A stretch of 64,000 nucleotides of DNA, from assembly GCA_038087875.1 (NCBI GenBank), contig CM075984.1:34658001-34722000 (forward strand), given 5' to 3'. The translations under genes and the position numbers were made by a program. Below are positions 63,566 through 64,000 of the stretch, in pieces. This stretch comes from Malacoraja senta (lineage: Eukaryota). A model generated the notes under the pieces. The model was not told the DNA's origin, searched no databases, and saw only the letters and a program-made list of their open reading frames with translations. Within the stretch, counting starts at the first letter, position 1. Each line of letters opens with the position of its first letter.

Positions 63566-64000
63566 AAAATTAACCACAGATTTTTGTAGCTGTAGCCGTA
63601 CTTCTATGCACTTGTAATCCAGTCTTGTAGATTTAAAGGAGAGCACACGATAACTTTTAATTTCTTATCTCCTCATTGAATTTTAATGATCAATGGATAT
63701 CAACTTCGCTCTAAACTTCCACACTACTTTTGGTTTATCACAAGATAGAATGAACTCTGATTTTAGATTCAAAGTGGATGACCTCACATTTTTAAAACTT
63801 AAAACTCATTTACCACTGCTTTACCTGTTAATGCATTAAAACTTACTAAACTTTTATAATTTAATGCTTGTATCCACACTGCTTGTAGTGGCACCTAACT
63901 TTGGTAATTAACACACTTATTCTATTTTATCATCTAAGATGTTTATAAATATGGTGAATTAATGAAAGTTCAACCAAAATCTTTGCAGTGTATCACTTGT

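Overview
Vertebrate genomic DNA; the repeat content suggests a cartilaginous fish, probably a skate or ray (inference). Two genes lie head-to-tail on the minus strand. (1) The 3' ~80% of diacylglycerol kinase delta (DGKD): 24 coding exons from the second C1 domain, through the split catalytic domain, to the SAM domain and stop (62619->17309). All junctions are GT-AG and phase-consistent except for a single missing base in the exon at 51177-51270. (2) The 5' end of a vitamin K-dependent Gla-domain gene, most like protein C (PROC): a liver-type promoter, a probable non-coding first exon, a signal-peptide exon and a propeptide/Gla exon (~2550->1393); the rest of the gene probably runs off the left edge. 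Introns and the intergenic region are full of mobile DNA: CR1 LINEs, Rex/Babar-type LINE remnants, V-SINE/HE1-type and Deu-type SINEs, two decayed IR/DR Tc1 transposons, two MITEs and a composite non-autonomous Helitron with internal minisatellites. At least nine short Penelope-terminus-like elements are also present; the best preserved carry a minimal hammerhead-ribozyme-like motif, several have 9-15 bp target-site duplications and several are inverted pairs. Most ORFs in the supplied track are TE remnants or noise.
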